DNA of 48,107 bases from the NCBI RefSeq assembly GCF_004010195.1, contig NC_057719.1, forward strand, positions 75,842,064 to 75,890,170, given 5' to 3'. Within the stretch, counting starts at the first letter, position 1. Each line of letters starts with the position of its first letter. This document shows, piece by piece, positions 1 through 9,891 of this stretch. Source of the stretch: Chiloscyllium plagiosum. Its lineage: Eukaryota. Under the pieces are notes generated by a model, which saw only the letters and a program-made list of their open reading frames with translations, made no database searches and had not been told where the DNA came from. The position numbers were made by a program, and so were the translations under genes.

Positions 1-932
1 AGATTAATTTGTAAAATGCTTCTGCGAGCGATGCATCCTCTTTGTAGTTTGTAACCAGAGGATTTGCTTTGAGTACTCAGTGATCTTTACAGTGGAATGT
101 AGCCTATTGTCTATTTCTTGAATGAGAACAGACAATCAAAAGTGCAAGATGATGGACATTGGTAGGGACAACCTCAGTCACTTACAATTTGAGCATCAAA
201 TGCATCAGAGCATGAAGAAATTGGATAATGCATGATGACAGAGGGTGCTGACCTGAAGGTCAAACTACTGCTGAGCGTGACGAGGGGCAAAACAACAGCA
301 CTTAACTTCATGAGATGAAAAGATCATATTCACTGTGCAGTCGAGATGTGAGCTGTGATCTTTGCCTCAGAAAGATGGAGCCCATTACATGTGGAGACAA
401 AATCAGATGTTACACCTGGGGTAAATCAGCGTCATTGAAAAGTCAACTATCACAGCAAACTAGACCTCTGCGCACATCTGAAAGTGCACATCGACTGGGC
501 TGTGTATGGATTCAACTTGGAGCAGTCCAGCAGTTACAGTTTATTAATCCCATAATAACCATTCACTCGCCTTCTCCTTTTGTACCTGCAGATTAATGCT
601 AAGCAATGGAAAGGTTTGGAATGGTATAGAACCTGTCCATGATAATTGAGTTGGGGTTTGTTGTTAGCCACTCCTTGGACCGCTGTTTGGTTTCACCCAG
701 CCACACTGCATTTGCCCGAAAAATGCTCACCTGAGTGAAATGTTGTGTTGCCACTACAGCAACAACAGATATCTATACATTCAAGCTTGAGCTAAAATCT
801 GAATCATTTATTGCTGATCAATGTATCTATAGATGATGAAATACTATTTGAAACAAATTGCATGTATAATTGCTGTCTATGTGGATAGCCACTTAGCACA
901 AGGAAAAGGTTATAGGACTTTGAGCACGTTTA

Positions 933-1246
933 TGGGGAGGTGATGACCTCATGGATTTATCACTGGATTGTTTATCCAGCGATCCAGGTAACATTCTGGG
1001 GACCCAGGTTCGAATCCCGCCATGGCGGATGGTGGAATTTGAATTCAATAAATATCTGGGATTAGGAATCTAATGATGACCATGAATCAATTGTCAGATA
1101 AACCCATCTGGTTCACTAATGTCCTACATGTGACTCCAGACCCACAGCAATGTGGTTGAGTCTTAACTGCCCTCTGGGCAATTAGGGATGGGCAATAAAT
1201 GTTGCCTAACCAGCAACATTCTCATCTTGCAAATGAATTAAAAAAA
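933..1246 (+). mobile_element. tRNA-derived SINE (second family, non-HE1) with LINE-derived 3' tail
   Basis: Pol III B box GGTTCGAATCCC at 1007-1018. The 3' end GGGCAATTAGGGATGGGCAATAAATG...ATGAATTAAAAAAA matches the 3' end of the minus-strand LINE copies starting at ~1849 and ~2510. Confidence 0.85.
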
Positions 1247-1669
1247 GCTTGTGAAACTGGCAGCTGTTTCTCATGACAATCCTTCACCAGTATGGAAATG
1301 TGCACATCATTAATATTTGGGTTGCCTTTGATGATTAAATATAGCAACGTTCCAATCAGCTGGTTATTTGCTCCATTGTAGGCTCCTTGGAAGCAAAATT
1401 CGGCAAGGCTCCAATGTGTTAAGGGGGGTTTCTTTTGCCTCATTAGTACATGCCTGGTTCTTGCAAGCAAGCAGCTGACAAACTTAATCCTGCCTGCTCA
1501 GGGAAATGCTGCAGTGTGCTGCTGAGTGGCTGCTAACCCAAGCAGGCAAAACAACATCATGAGAGACTAATGCCACTTTATACCCAATGGCGATACTTAA
1601 AGGTAGAGGCGCTTCTCAAAAAGGGATTGATTGTAGAGGAGAGTGTAAACTCAAACAACATCGAATGAC

Positions 1670-1826
1670 AGAGAGTGAGCTCCAAGATTGGCTAACGTTG
1701 CAGTGGAGATCTGTAGTGTTGAGGTAATGTGGGCAGATGCATGCGCCAGTCAATGTCAAGAGTATATCCTTGAGCAGCTGGCTGCAATGGTGCAAGAAGT
1801 TAAATAATCACACTTGAATGGTCAAG
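1670..1826 (+). pseudogene. Decayed Myb/SANT-like DNA-binding domain exon (NAIF1/Harbinger-type)
   Basis: Translates RE*APRLANVAVEI...W, then after a frameshift VNVKSISLSSWLQWCKKLNNHT*MVK, followed by a GT donor at 1827. This resembles the APRF...W...VN..S...R.W.QC.KK.NDL pattern of Harbinger Myb-like proteins. Confidence 0.55.
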
Positions 1827-1848
1827 GTCAGTAGTTGTGTTTACATTG

Positions 1849-2510
1849 TTTTTATTCTCCTGTGGGATGTGGACATTTATCGGTCATTCCTGGTTGCACT
1901 TGAGAAGGTAGTAGTGAGCTTCCTTCTCGAACTACTGCAATCCACCTGCTGTGGGTTGACTCCCAATACCCTTAGGGAGGGAATTCCAGGATTGTGACCC
2001 AGTGACAGTGAAGGACGGTGATACATTTCCAAGTCAGGATGGTGAGCGGCTTGGAGGGGAACTTTCAGGTGGTGATGTTCTTATCTGTTTGTTGACGCTG
2101 TCCTTCTAGATGGAAGTGGCCATGCATTTGGAATGTGCTGACTAAGGGCCGTTGGCAAATGTTTGCAGTGTATCTTTTAGGTAGTTCACACTGCTGCTGC
2201 TGAGCCCCAGCGGTTGAGTGACTGAACATTTTTGGACGTGGTGCCAGTCAAGCAGTTAGTTTGGTTTGTCCTGGATGATGTCAAGCTTCTTGAATGCTAT
2301 TGGAGCTGCATTCATCCAGGCCAACAAGGAGTGTTCCATCACACTCCTGATGGTGCCTTGTAGATGGTGGACAGTCTTTGGCAAGTCAGTAGGTGAGATA
2401 CTCACTACAGGATTCCCAGCCTCTGACATGCTATTGTGATCACTGTAATTAAATGGTGAGTCCAGTTCAGTTTCTGGCCAATGGTGACCTACAGGATCTT
2501 GATAATGAGG
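1849..2510 (-). mobile_element. Old CR1/L2-group LINE, 3' fragment (copy 1)
   Basis: The minus strand gives a STIYKA..RSVME-like RT C-terminal motif (~2330-2380) and ends in ...CACATCCCACAGGAGAATAAAAA. It is paralogous to 2510-3860 and 45700-46000. Confidence 0.75.
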
Positions 2511-2754
2511 GATGGGGTGCAGGTATTTCTGACTGGGCCAGTATTTATTACCTTGCTGAAATTGCCCTTGAGAAGATGATGGTGAGCTGTCTTCTCGAAT
2601 TACTACAGTCCATTTAATCCCACAGTGCTCTTAAGAAGGGAGGTCCAAGCTTTTGATGCAATGACAGTGAAGGAGCAGTGATGTAGTTCCAGGACAGGAT
2701 ACTGTGTGGCTTGCAGGGGATCCTTTAGGTTGTGGTATTGGCATGTGTCAGCAG

Positions 2755-2960
2755 GAGAAAGTGAGGTCTGCAGATGCTGGAGATCAGAGATGGAAATGTG
2801 TTGCTGGAAAAGCGCAGCAGGTCAGGCAGCATCTAGGGAACAGGAGAATCGACGTTTCGGGCATTAGCCTGAAGAAGGGCTAATGCCCGAAACGTCGATT
2901 CTCCTGTTCCCTAGATGCTGCCTGACCTGCTGCGCTTTTCCAGCAACACATTTCCATCTC
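2755..2960. mobile_element. Palindromic non-autonomous Penelope-like element (family A terminal repeats in inverted orientation)
   Basis: Perfect 83-bp inverted arms at 2787-2869 and 2878-2960. TSD ATGTGTCAGCAG at 2743-2754 and 2961-2972. The same terminal repeat caps the RT/GIY-YIG elements at 31248-37050. Confidence 0.9.
2869..2896 (+). ncRNA. Minimal hammerhead ribozyme motif (Penelope family A)
   Basis: CTGAAGA-a-GGGC-taat-GCCC-GAA-ACGT-C gives the conserved CUGANGA and GAAA cores, a stem II, a palindromic stem III and a GUC triplet. Confidence 0.7.
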
Positions 2961-3263
2961 ATGTGTCAGCAGTCCTTGTCTTCGAAGTGGTAGACATTGA
3001 GGGTTTGGAAATGCATGGGTGAATGTTTGCAGTGCTTCTTCCACTAGGATGATTTTGCGACCACTATGCGTTGGTGGCTGAGGAAGTGAATGTTGAAGGT
3101 CAGGAAGGTTGTGCTGATCAAGCACATTGCTTTGTCCAGGATAGTGTTGAGCTTATTGAGTGTTGTTGAAGCTCTGTCCAACCAAATGGAGAGTATTCCA
3201 TCACACTCTTGACTTGGGAATTTTAGACAGTGGACAGTTAGTAGGAGACAGGAGGTAAGTCAT

Positions 3264-3434
3264 GGATTGGCCATGCTGAGTTGCCCCATAGTGTCAAAGA
3301 ATGGGCATGTTAGATGGACTAGCCATTGGAAATACAGATTCCTAGGGATAGGGGAAGGGGTGGGTCTGGATGGGATGCTTTTCAGAGGGCTGAATGGCCT
3401 GCTCCCACACTGCTGGCATTGTATGATTTGATGA
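3264..3434 (+). mobile_element. HE1-like SINE 3' fragment
   Basis: TGGCCATGCTGAGTTGCCC...GGGTGGGTCTGG...TGAATGGCCTG aligns to the 3' half of the HE1-like copies. Confidence 0.7.
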
Positions 3435-3919
3435 TCAAATGAGATGGTTAGATTCTCCTTTGTTAGAGGTGCTAATTACCTGTCACTTGCATGGCCTATA
3501 TGTTACTTGCCACCTATCAGCCCAAGCCTCAGTTCATGCTGAATATGTATAGGGTTGCTTCAGTTTCTGAGGAAATGCTAATGGTGCTGAACACTACGCA
3601 GTCATTGCTACCCCATACCTTCTGATGGAGGGAACGTCATTGATTGATGGTTGGGCCTCGGACAATATCCTCTGGAACTCCTTCAGAGATGTTCTGGAAC
3701 TGAAATGATTAATCTCCAACAACCTCTGTGTGAAGTATGACTGTGACCAGCAGAGAGACCTCCACCAGTTCCAATCAGCTGCAGTTTTGCTTGGACTCCT
3801 TGATGTCAACAATTTCACTCTTTCTTCACCTCACCATTGGAGTTCAGCTATTTGATGAAATACCACATCCTGCTAACTGTGCCATTACTCTCCAGCATTC
3901 TCCAATGCTAATACTCAAA

Positions 3920-4520
3920 CTAGAAGCAGGATTAGGCCATGTAGTCCTTTGAGTTTGCTCTGCCAATCAGTGAGACCACAGCTAATTTGATTGTTACAAT
4001 CCTCATTCCCACCCATCCTTATATCCTTTCACTCCCTTGACATATCAAGAATGTCTTACCACTGCCTGAACAATATTCAAGGACTCTGGTTCCACCACCT
4101 TTTCAGGAGGAGATGTCCAAAGATTCCCAACCCTCTGAGAGAACAATACTTTGGCTCAGCCCTATGTTAAATTGGAGGCTCTGTCTTTTAAATGTAACCC
4201 CCGAATCTGAATTTCCCCAGAAGAGGCCACAGCCTCCCCACATCTACCCTGTTATGCCCCCTCAGGATTGTATGTAGTTCAATCAAAACACTTCTTACCC
4301 TTCTAAAGTGCAGTAAATGGAATGAGCCTGATCAACTTTTCCGCAAACGATAACCTACCCATTCCAGATATTTGACTGATGCACCTGTTTTGATCTGCCT
4401 CTAATGTATTTACATTGTTCTTTAAATAAGATGACCAAAACTACACACAGTTGTCCAGGTTCGGTCTCACCAGTGTTCTGTATATCTGAAACGTAATCTC
4501 TCTTTGTATTCAATTCAATT
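3920..4520 (-). mobile_element. Degenerate CR1 LINE 3' fragment
   Basis: Parallels 9892-10500 (AGCAGGATTAGGCCA, CCCTCTGAGAGAA, ACCAAAACTACACACAGT, GGTCTCACCAGTG). Confidence 0.75.
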
Positions 4521-4580
4521 TATCACTCTTGATAAATGAGGGCACCCTGTTAGCTTTCTGAATATCTTGCGTACCTCAAT

Positions 4581-4901
4581 GGGTGGCACGGTGGCACAGT
4601 GATTAGCACTGCTGCCTCACAGCACCACAGACCCGGGTTCATTTCCCACCTCAGGTGACTGTCTGTGTGGAGTTTGCACATTCTCCCCGTGTCTGGGTGG
4701 GTTTCCTCCGGGTGCTCCGGTTTCCTCCCACAGTCCAAAAATGTGCAGCTTAGGTGAATTTGCCATGCTAAATTGCATGTAGTGTTAGGTGAAGGGGTAA
4801 ATGTAAGGAAATGGGTCTGGGTGGGTTGCTCTTCAGAGGGTAGGTGTGGACTTGTTGGGCTGAAGGGCCTGTTTCCACACTGTAAGTAATCTAATCTAAT
4901 C
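4581..4901 (+). mobile_element. HE1-like V-SINE, full length
   Basis: tRNA-like head (GGTGGCACAGTGATTAGC; GGGTTCATTTCCC), V-domain core GGAGTTTGCACATTCTCCCCGTGTCT...GGTTTCCTCCCACAGTCC, CR1-like tail and (TAATC)n end. Confidence 0.92.
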
Positions 4902-5065
4902 ATCTTGTCATACCGCTATTACTGACTGGGCAACACTCTCTATAATCACAACTCATAGCTAATTCATGCTTTACATCTTTTTCAAAAACTTCACATTACT
5001 GGAAGCATCAGTTCCTTATCTCACTGGCTATTCAACTATGATAGCTACATCCCACTTTTTCATAG

Positions 5066-5172
5066 TTAGTGCCAAACCAGAGGCTGTGATGTCCTCATGC
5101 CAAAACATAAGGAGTGTTCGCTGTCACTGGAGTTGCCATGACTGAGACTGAGACTCCATCAGAGGGGCTGAA
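5066..5172 (+). pseudogene. Possible second exon of the decayed Myb/SANT-like gene
   Basis: Follows an acceptor-like TTTTTCATAG and encodes the AVTGVAMTE fragment. Assignment rests on recalled similarity to shark Harbinger Myb-like ORFs. Confidence 0.3.
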
Positions 5173-5180
5173 AAACAGCA

Positions 5181-5240
5181 GAATAGAATGGCATGAAATT
5201 GAATGGAATGGAATAGAATAGAATAGAATGGAATAGGAAC
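5181..5240. repeat. (GAATR)n pentanucleotide microsatellite, probably a retroelement 3' tail on the minus strand
   Basis: Tandem GAATA/GAATG units are directly visible. Confidence 0.85.
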
Positions 5241-5500
5241 AAAATGGAATGGAATGGAACAGAGAAGCAATTTATTGCCACATGTACTTTTACAAAATAA
5301 AATAAGTTTTATAAGTTGCCATACCACAGCGCCTAAATTAATGGCTGAAGTCATGAATAATAAGATAAAAACAGTAAAAGTTAAAAGTTCAATAAATGAC
5401 TCTTGCACTTGGTTGTTAGAAAACCCAGGCCGAAACCACCTCACAGGGCTAAGACAAGGCTGCCGTGCATGCTGGGCCATTGGAAGACCTGGTTGGAGAG

Positions 5501-6358
5501 CTTATCGGGGAGCTCATAATGAGTGGAGTGATGAATTTTGTGGCTCATTGAAAGGAAGCTCTCACTAAAAGTGTGGGCTTGAACTCATTTTTTTTTAAAT
5601 GCAGTTATCTTCCCGTATCCAAAGCCCACCTGCCTGCTAATTGTTTGACTGGTGGGCGTTCCCAAAGGAGACAAAGTGGATTTTTCACCACCCCTCCGGC
5701 TAGCAGGCAAGACACCTCCCTTCATTAAATCCTCACCAGTTTATTTTCACCATCACTCTCTTCCTGCCTTTCTATGTTTCGCTCACGTACAACTGCCTGG
5801 GCAGATTGACAGCTCCTGAGAATCGAGTAGGAGAAAAACACAAAGGGTCTGGTTGGGAGGGTAGATATGAAAAGCAAGATGTACCTGCTTGTTCCAAAGC
5901 AAGGATAAGAGCTCCACACCAAGACGAGACATCCGTGCTGGGACTAGACCTCCAGCTGGGCTGCTGGAATACCCGCCCTAGAACATCTCCACAACAGAAC
6001 GAGACCTCGACGCTGGGTGCCTGCCCAACAGGCACCAGGTCTACACCACACATTATTCATTTTGTCCTCCTTTTAACGTGCCTCTGCCACTCATTCCACA
6101 CTGTCTTCTCATTCACAAGCTACAGATGGAGCAAGCAGGTACATCTTGCTTTCCACATCGCCCCACCAACCAGACCCGTTATGTCCACCTTGCCTCCTTT
6201 GGGAAAGACCACCAGTCAAGCAATTAGCAGGCAGGAAGGCTGTCGGATACAGGAAGATAACTGCATTTTAAAAAATGACTTCAAGCTCACACTTTCAGAG
6301 AGAGCTTTATTTCAATGAGTCACAAAATTCATCACCCCATAACGAGCTCTCCCATAAG
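5501..6358. mobile_element. Fold-back / MITE-like element with long imperfect inverted arms
   Basis: 5501-5680 is the reverse complement of ~6184-6358, and 5845-5896 is the reverse complement of 6127-6177. The loop is ~230 bp. Confidence 0.8.
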
Positions 6359-6487
6359 TTTACAATCATTTTGCACTGGATTATCTCTTAGTTAATATAT
6401 CCATCATCTGCTTCCTTATTCCACTAGGTCTCAGGCATTCCTTTAGGTTGTATAAGATGATAGCACAAGGCACCTATGAGCTGAAAT

Positions 6488-6656
6488 ACAACAAAACACT
6501 GTGGATGTTGGAAATCTGAAATAAGAAACAGAAGGTGCTGGAGAAACTTAGCAGGGGTGGCACCTGCTGAAGAGAAAAAAACAGAGTTAACATTTGGAGA
6601 CCAGTGAGCCTTCATCAGTTCTGGAGTTTCTCCAGCATCTTCTGTTTTGGTTCCAA
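6488..6656. mobile_element. Old Penelope-like terminal-repeat fold-back (family C)
   Basis: AAACAGAAGGTGCTGGAGAAACT is inverted to AGTTTCTCCAGCATCTTCTGTTT. It contains a TTCATCAG (reverse CTGATGAA) remnant and is related to 43793-44108. Confidence 0.65.
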
Positions 6657-6679
6657 ACCTGAGCTCCATGGAATTCATT

Positions 6680-6925
6680 TGGATGGAAGAGGCCTAGTAT
6701 TCGTCGCTTGCTCTTATGCTCTCAAAATCGCCTGCTCAGATGCTAACAATGTGCATACCTTCCAGGATAGCTTGGAGGTGGAATCTTCAAGACACTGGAC
6801 ATGGGTGGCCTGGGCTTCAGCAGGTGACAGGCCAAGTGCCACCTCACTGGAGGGCAAAGTCCCTCATGAATTCTGTTACCGTGGACTCAGATTAGGACAC
6901 TGGCTGTCAACTCTACAAAGAAAGT
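6680..6925 (+). pseudogene. Possible middle segment of the decayed Myb/SANT-like ORF
   Basis: GC-richer coding-like tract (DSLEVESS...), collinear with the other fragments. Assignment is from recall only. Confidence 0.3.
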
Positions 6926-7099
6926 AGGAAATATGACCCATCTATTCAACAGGAGAGGGAGGCAGAAAACGATAGGCTAGCTAGCATTATGTCCGCCCTG
7001 GGTACGTGTTAGAATTGATCATTGAAGAGGTCATAGCTGGCACTTAGGAAATCTCAAGCTAATCAAGAAGATTATCTTTCCCATTATTATGGGAAAGGA

Positions 7100-7423
7100 C
7101 CCTCACAGCACCAGGGACCTGGGCTCGTTTCCAGCCTTGGGCGACTGTCTGTGTGGAGTTTGCACATTCGCCCCGTGTCTGCATGGGTTTCCTCCAGGTG
7201 CTCCGGTTTTCTCCCACAGTCCAAACATGTGCAGGTTAGGTGAGTTGGCCATGCTAAATTGCTGGTAGTGTTTAGTGATGTGTTGGATAGGTGCATTAGT
7301 CAGGAGTAAATGTAGAGGGTTGAGGGGAATGGGTCTGGGTGGGTTACTCTTCGGAGGGTTGGTGTGGACTTGTTGGGCCGAATGGCCTGTTTCCAAACTG
7401 TAGGGATTCTATGATTCTATGAT
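7100..7423 (+). mobile_element. HE1-like V-SINE, slightly 5'-truncated
   Basis: V-domain core, CR1-like tail and (TTCTATGA)n end. Confidence 0.9.
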
Positions 7424-7431
7424 GATCTTAC

Positions 7432-7556
7432 ATGATCTGGCCTGCGTGTCATTCCAGACCCACAGTAATGTGGTTTACTCTCAACTGCCCTTTGGGCAAA
7501 TAAATGCTGCCCTAGTTAGTGATGCCCTCATCACAGGTATGAATAAAGAAAAAAAG
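7432..7556 (+). mobile_element. 3' half of the second SINE family
   Basis: CCAGACCCACAGTAATGTGGTT...AACTGCCCT...ATAAATGCTG...ATGAATAAAG matches 1130-1246. Confidence 0.8.
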
Positions 7557-7566
7557 TTTTAATAGG

Positions 7567-7950
7567 ATTTGTTGCAATGCCTGGAGCCCATTCTTTCCAA
7601 TATTGATGTGAGCAGTTCCATTATCCCATTTGCTTTTCCAAACGTGATGCATTGTCCGATGTGTCAATTTCCAGAACAGCGCAAGCTGCTGCAACCCGAT
7701 GTTTTTGCTGCTGCAGTGATTACACAAACTGTACCAATGCCAGTTTGATTTGCTGCTGTTCTAGTTCGGATTAGCAGGCTGCAAAGGGAACTGCAATGCT
7801 CCGCACAGTTGCAGCACTCTGCCCTCCAACATATTGCTATCAGTGCTGAGGCACTTTTCTGGAGGAGTGGCCATTGGTCCAGAGGACAGGAATCTGCTGT
7901 CCTCCATCAGGCTGGCAGAATTCAGTCTCCCACCACCTTCGCTCAATTAC
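7567..7950 (+). pseudogene. Possible C-terminal Ala/Ser-rich (coiled-coil-like) segment of the decayed Myb/SANT-like ORF
   Basis: Frameshifted peptides QCLEPILSNIDVSSSI and DVSISRTAQAAATR. Confidence 0.35.
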
Positions 7951-9891
7951 CTTTACCATCCATTGTGCCAGCAGAGGTCAATTGGAATGACACACCATTC
8001 TGTATAGCTTCAGCTTTGGCACTGGTATGTTCCCCATTTTTTTTCTCGAGCTAACTCAGTCACTTTCTCAACTATTAGACATGGAGACAAATTTACCATT
8101 CACAAATGTAAGCAGTCTGAAAGCATTTTGTGGATGAACATGTCATAAAATCCTTTAGTAATTCCAGAAGCATTAACCAGTCCCTTCCATCTCCCTTTCT
8201 AGTTCATAGTTCTCAATTGATCCATTACATTATTATAAATGCATGTGATGTAGTGCGTGACTAAATATATCATTACAAATTGTGATTTCAAATAGATTTA
8301 TCAAACTTATGATCATCCTGGGCAGAATCCCTGGGGTTGCATTTCAACTTTTAAGTATTGATTTTAATGTTGTTTCGAAGGAATTTCTTGAAGTGTCTGT
8401 AATTAATAAATGTGATTAAGGGGAGAGCTGCCACACAAAACTTACTCAATGAGTTCTACAGTCACAAAATGTGTTGAGAGTAATTCTCCTTCTGATTTAA
8501 AATATCATTACATTGCTGTACAGATATATCCATTTTATATTTGTTCTGTTTTACTTTGGATACTTAGCTGATAATATGGTAGGGTGCAGCTCATGTCATC
8601 TAAGTGAGTGAATTGTTCTTTGCAAGAAACATAAATTTAAGATCCTTTACCCTCTCAGCATTCTCTCGATCCTGCAAGCTTTTTACTTCCACTGTTTCTT
8701 GATTTCTCCCAGCTTTTAAACTTGGTTGAATTGGGCATTATAGGGCTAATCCTTCAGGTATGATTCCTCGTGAATTGTTTATGTTCTGTAAACAATTCAC
8801 TGTCTCATCATTCCACAACTCTTAACTTTTACACATTTTTACTTTTAACTCAAATTCTGAATTTCAGAGTTCCCAACTTCATGTTTATTTGCCCAAGTTT
8901 TTCATTCCTAGTTTGTATGTAAGCGTTTTTCTCAAAGTTCATAACCTTAATAGTCAGTGTTCTCAATGTGTTGAATCTTTACTTCCTCCAATAAGTTATA
9001 CGCTATAATGTTAATACCTGTGAAAGTCATTTTAACCTGTTGTACATTTCCAAGTTCACTGTCCAGTCAAGATGATATTCATAAACCAATCATGCTATTT
9101 TTAGTGACAAATTATATCTTGATCAATAACCTTTTATGAATAACCAAGGATTATTTGTTAGAAGTTGGGTACTGGTATTACAGACCCGGTGTAGGAATCA
9201 TATTAGTAAACTCAATCAGCTTAGAAAACGAAGTGAAAGGAAAACTTACATACACATCTAAACAGAGGCCATTGGAGGTGCAAATTAAAATCGAGAGTCT
9301 TAGCTAGGAGCTCTTACACCCACACAATGAAATAATCGTTGTTTCCAATTCGTCCTTCACAATATGCTAAATGTCCAGAATCTTATTGCTGAAAAAACAT
9401 GAGAGAATACTTTCAAATCCAGCTCATTGTCTGGCATTGTCTGCTGAGGTGTGAGAAGCCAGCATCTGACTGACTGAAGCACCATGTGAGGGAATCAGTT
9501 TTTGTTACTCTGCCCCTTACGGCTAAGCTCTGCTTCCTTTATCTACCGGTGCCCTCTTCAAACACGATTGCAACCAACTGAAGCATTTCTGCAGTTACTT
9601 TTCCAAGACTGCTGAAATTTCTTTTTTGTCTTTGTGTCTTCTGAGACGAGGTCATGGTTTATTAGGAATAGTTAGAAATGCTGTGTGCAGGCGGCATCTT
9701 GAATCAATCCCAATGCCTGCATGTTGAAAGTATAATGGGTAACCAACAAAGATCTACCTTGATTGGTCAACATATTTTATTATGTATGACAGAATGAGTG
9801 CCTTTGTTCACACTATGTACTTGGTATCCTGTCAGATAAGTAAACGCGTAATTACTGATAAAGCCTTCTTACTGACAAAATTGATTTAGTC

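Larger units (their letters stand above)
2510..3860 (-). mobile_element. Old CR1/L2-group LINE, 3' fragment (copy 2), interrupted by a Penelope palindrome and a SINE fragment
   Basis: Collinear with 1880-2400 (CCCTTGAGAAG, GACAGTGAAGGA, TATTCCATCACACTC). It resumes after each insertion. Confidence 0.7.

Noticed and set aside
315..596. 93-aa ORF at the window start
   Set aside because: No recognisable domain or splice context.
2755..2960. DNA-transposon MITE or pre-miRNA interpretation of the palindromes
   Set aside because: The arms equal the terminal repeats of the RT/GIY-YIG elements, the ends are asymmetric and TSD length varies.
4581..4655. tRNA gene-like A/B boxes (also at 933-1020 and 46155-46215)
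   Set aside because: These are SINE heads followed by SINE bodies, with no complete cloverleaf.
5181..5240. CRISPR-like or satellite array
   Set aside because: A simple pentamer microsatellite without spacers, in a eukaryotic context.
5806..6318. 170-aa ORF
   Set aside because: It runs through the loop and arm of the fold-back element, has a non-ATG start and shows no recognisable domain.
7761..7946. Minus-strand PVLWTNGHSSR / LQP resemblance to a pogo DDE transposase
   Set aside because: The motifs are in different frames and lack the catalytic Asp residues; a plus-strand reading fits better.
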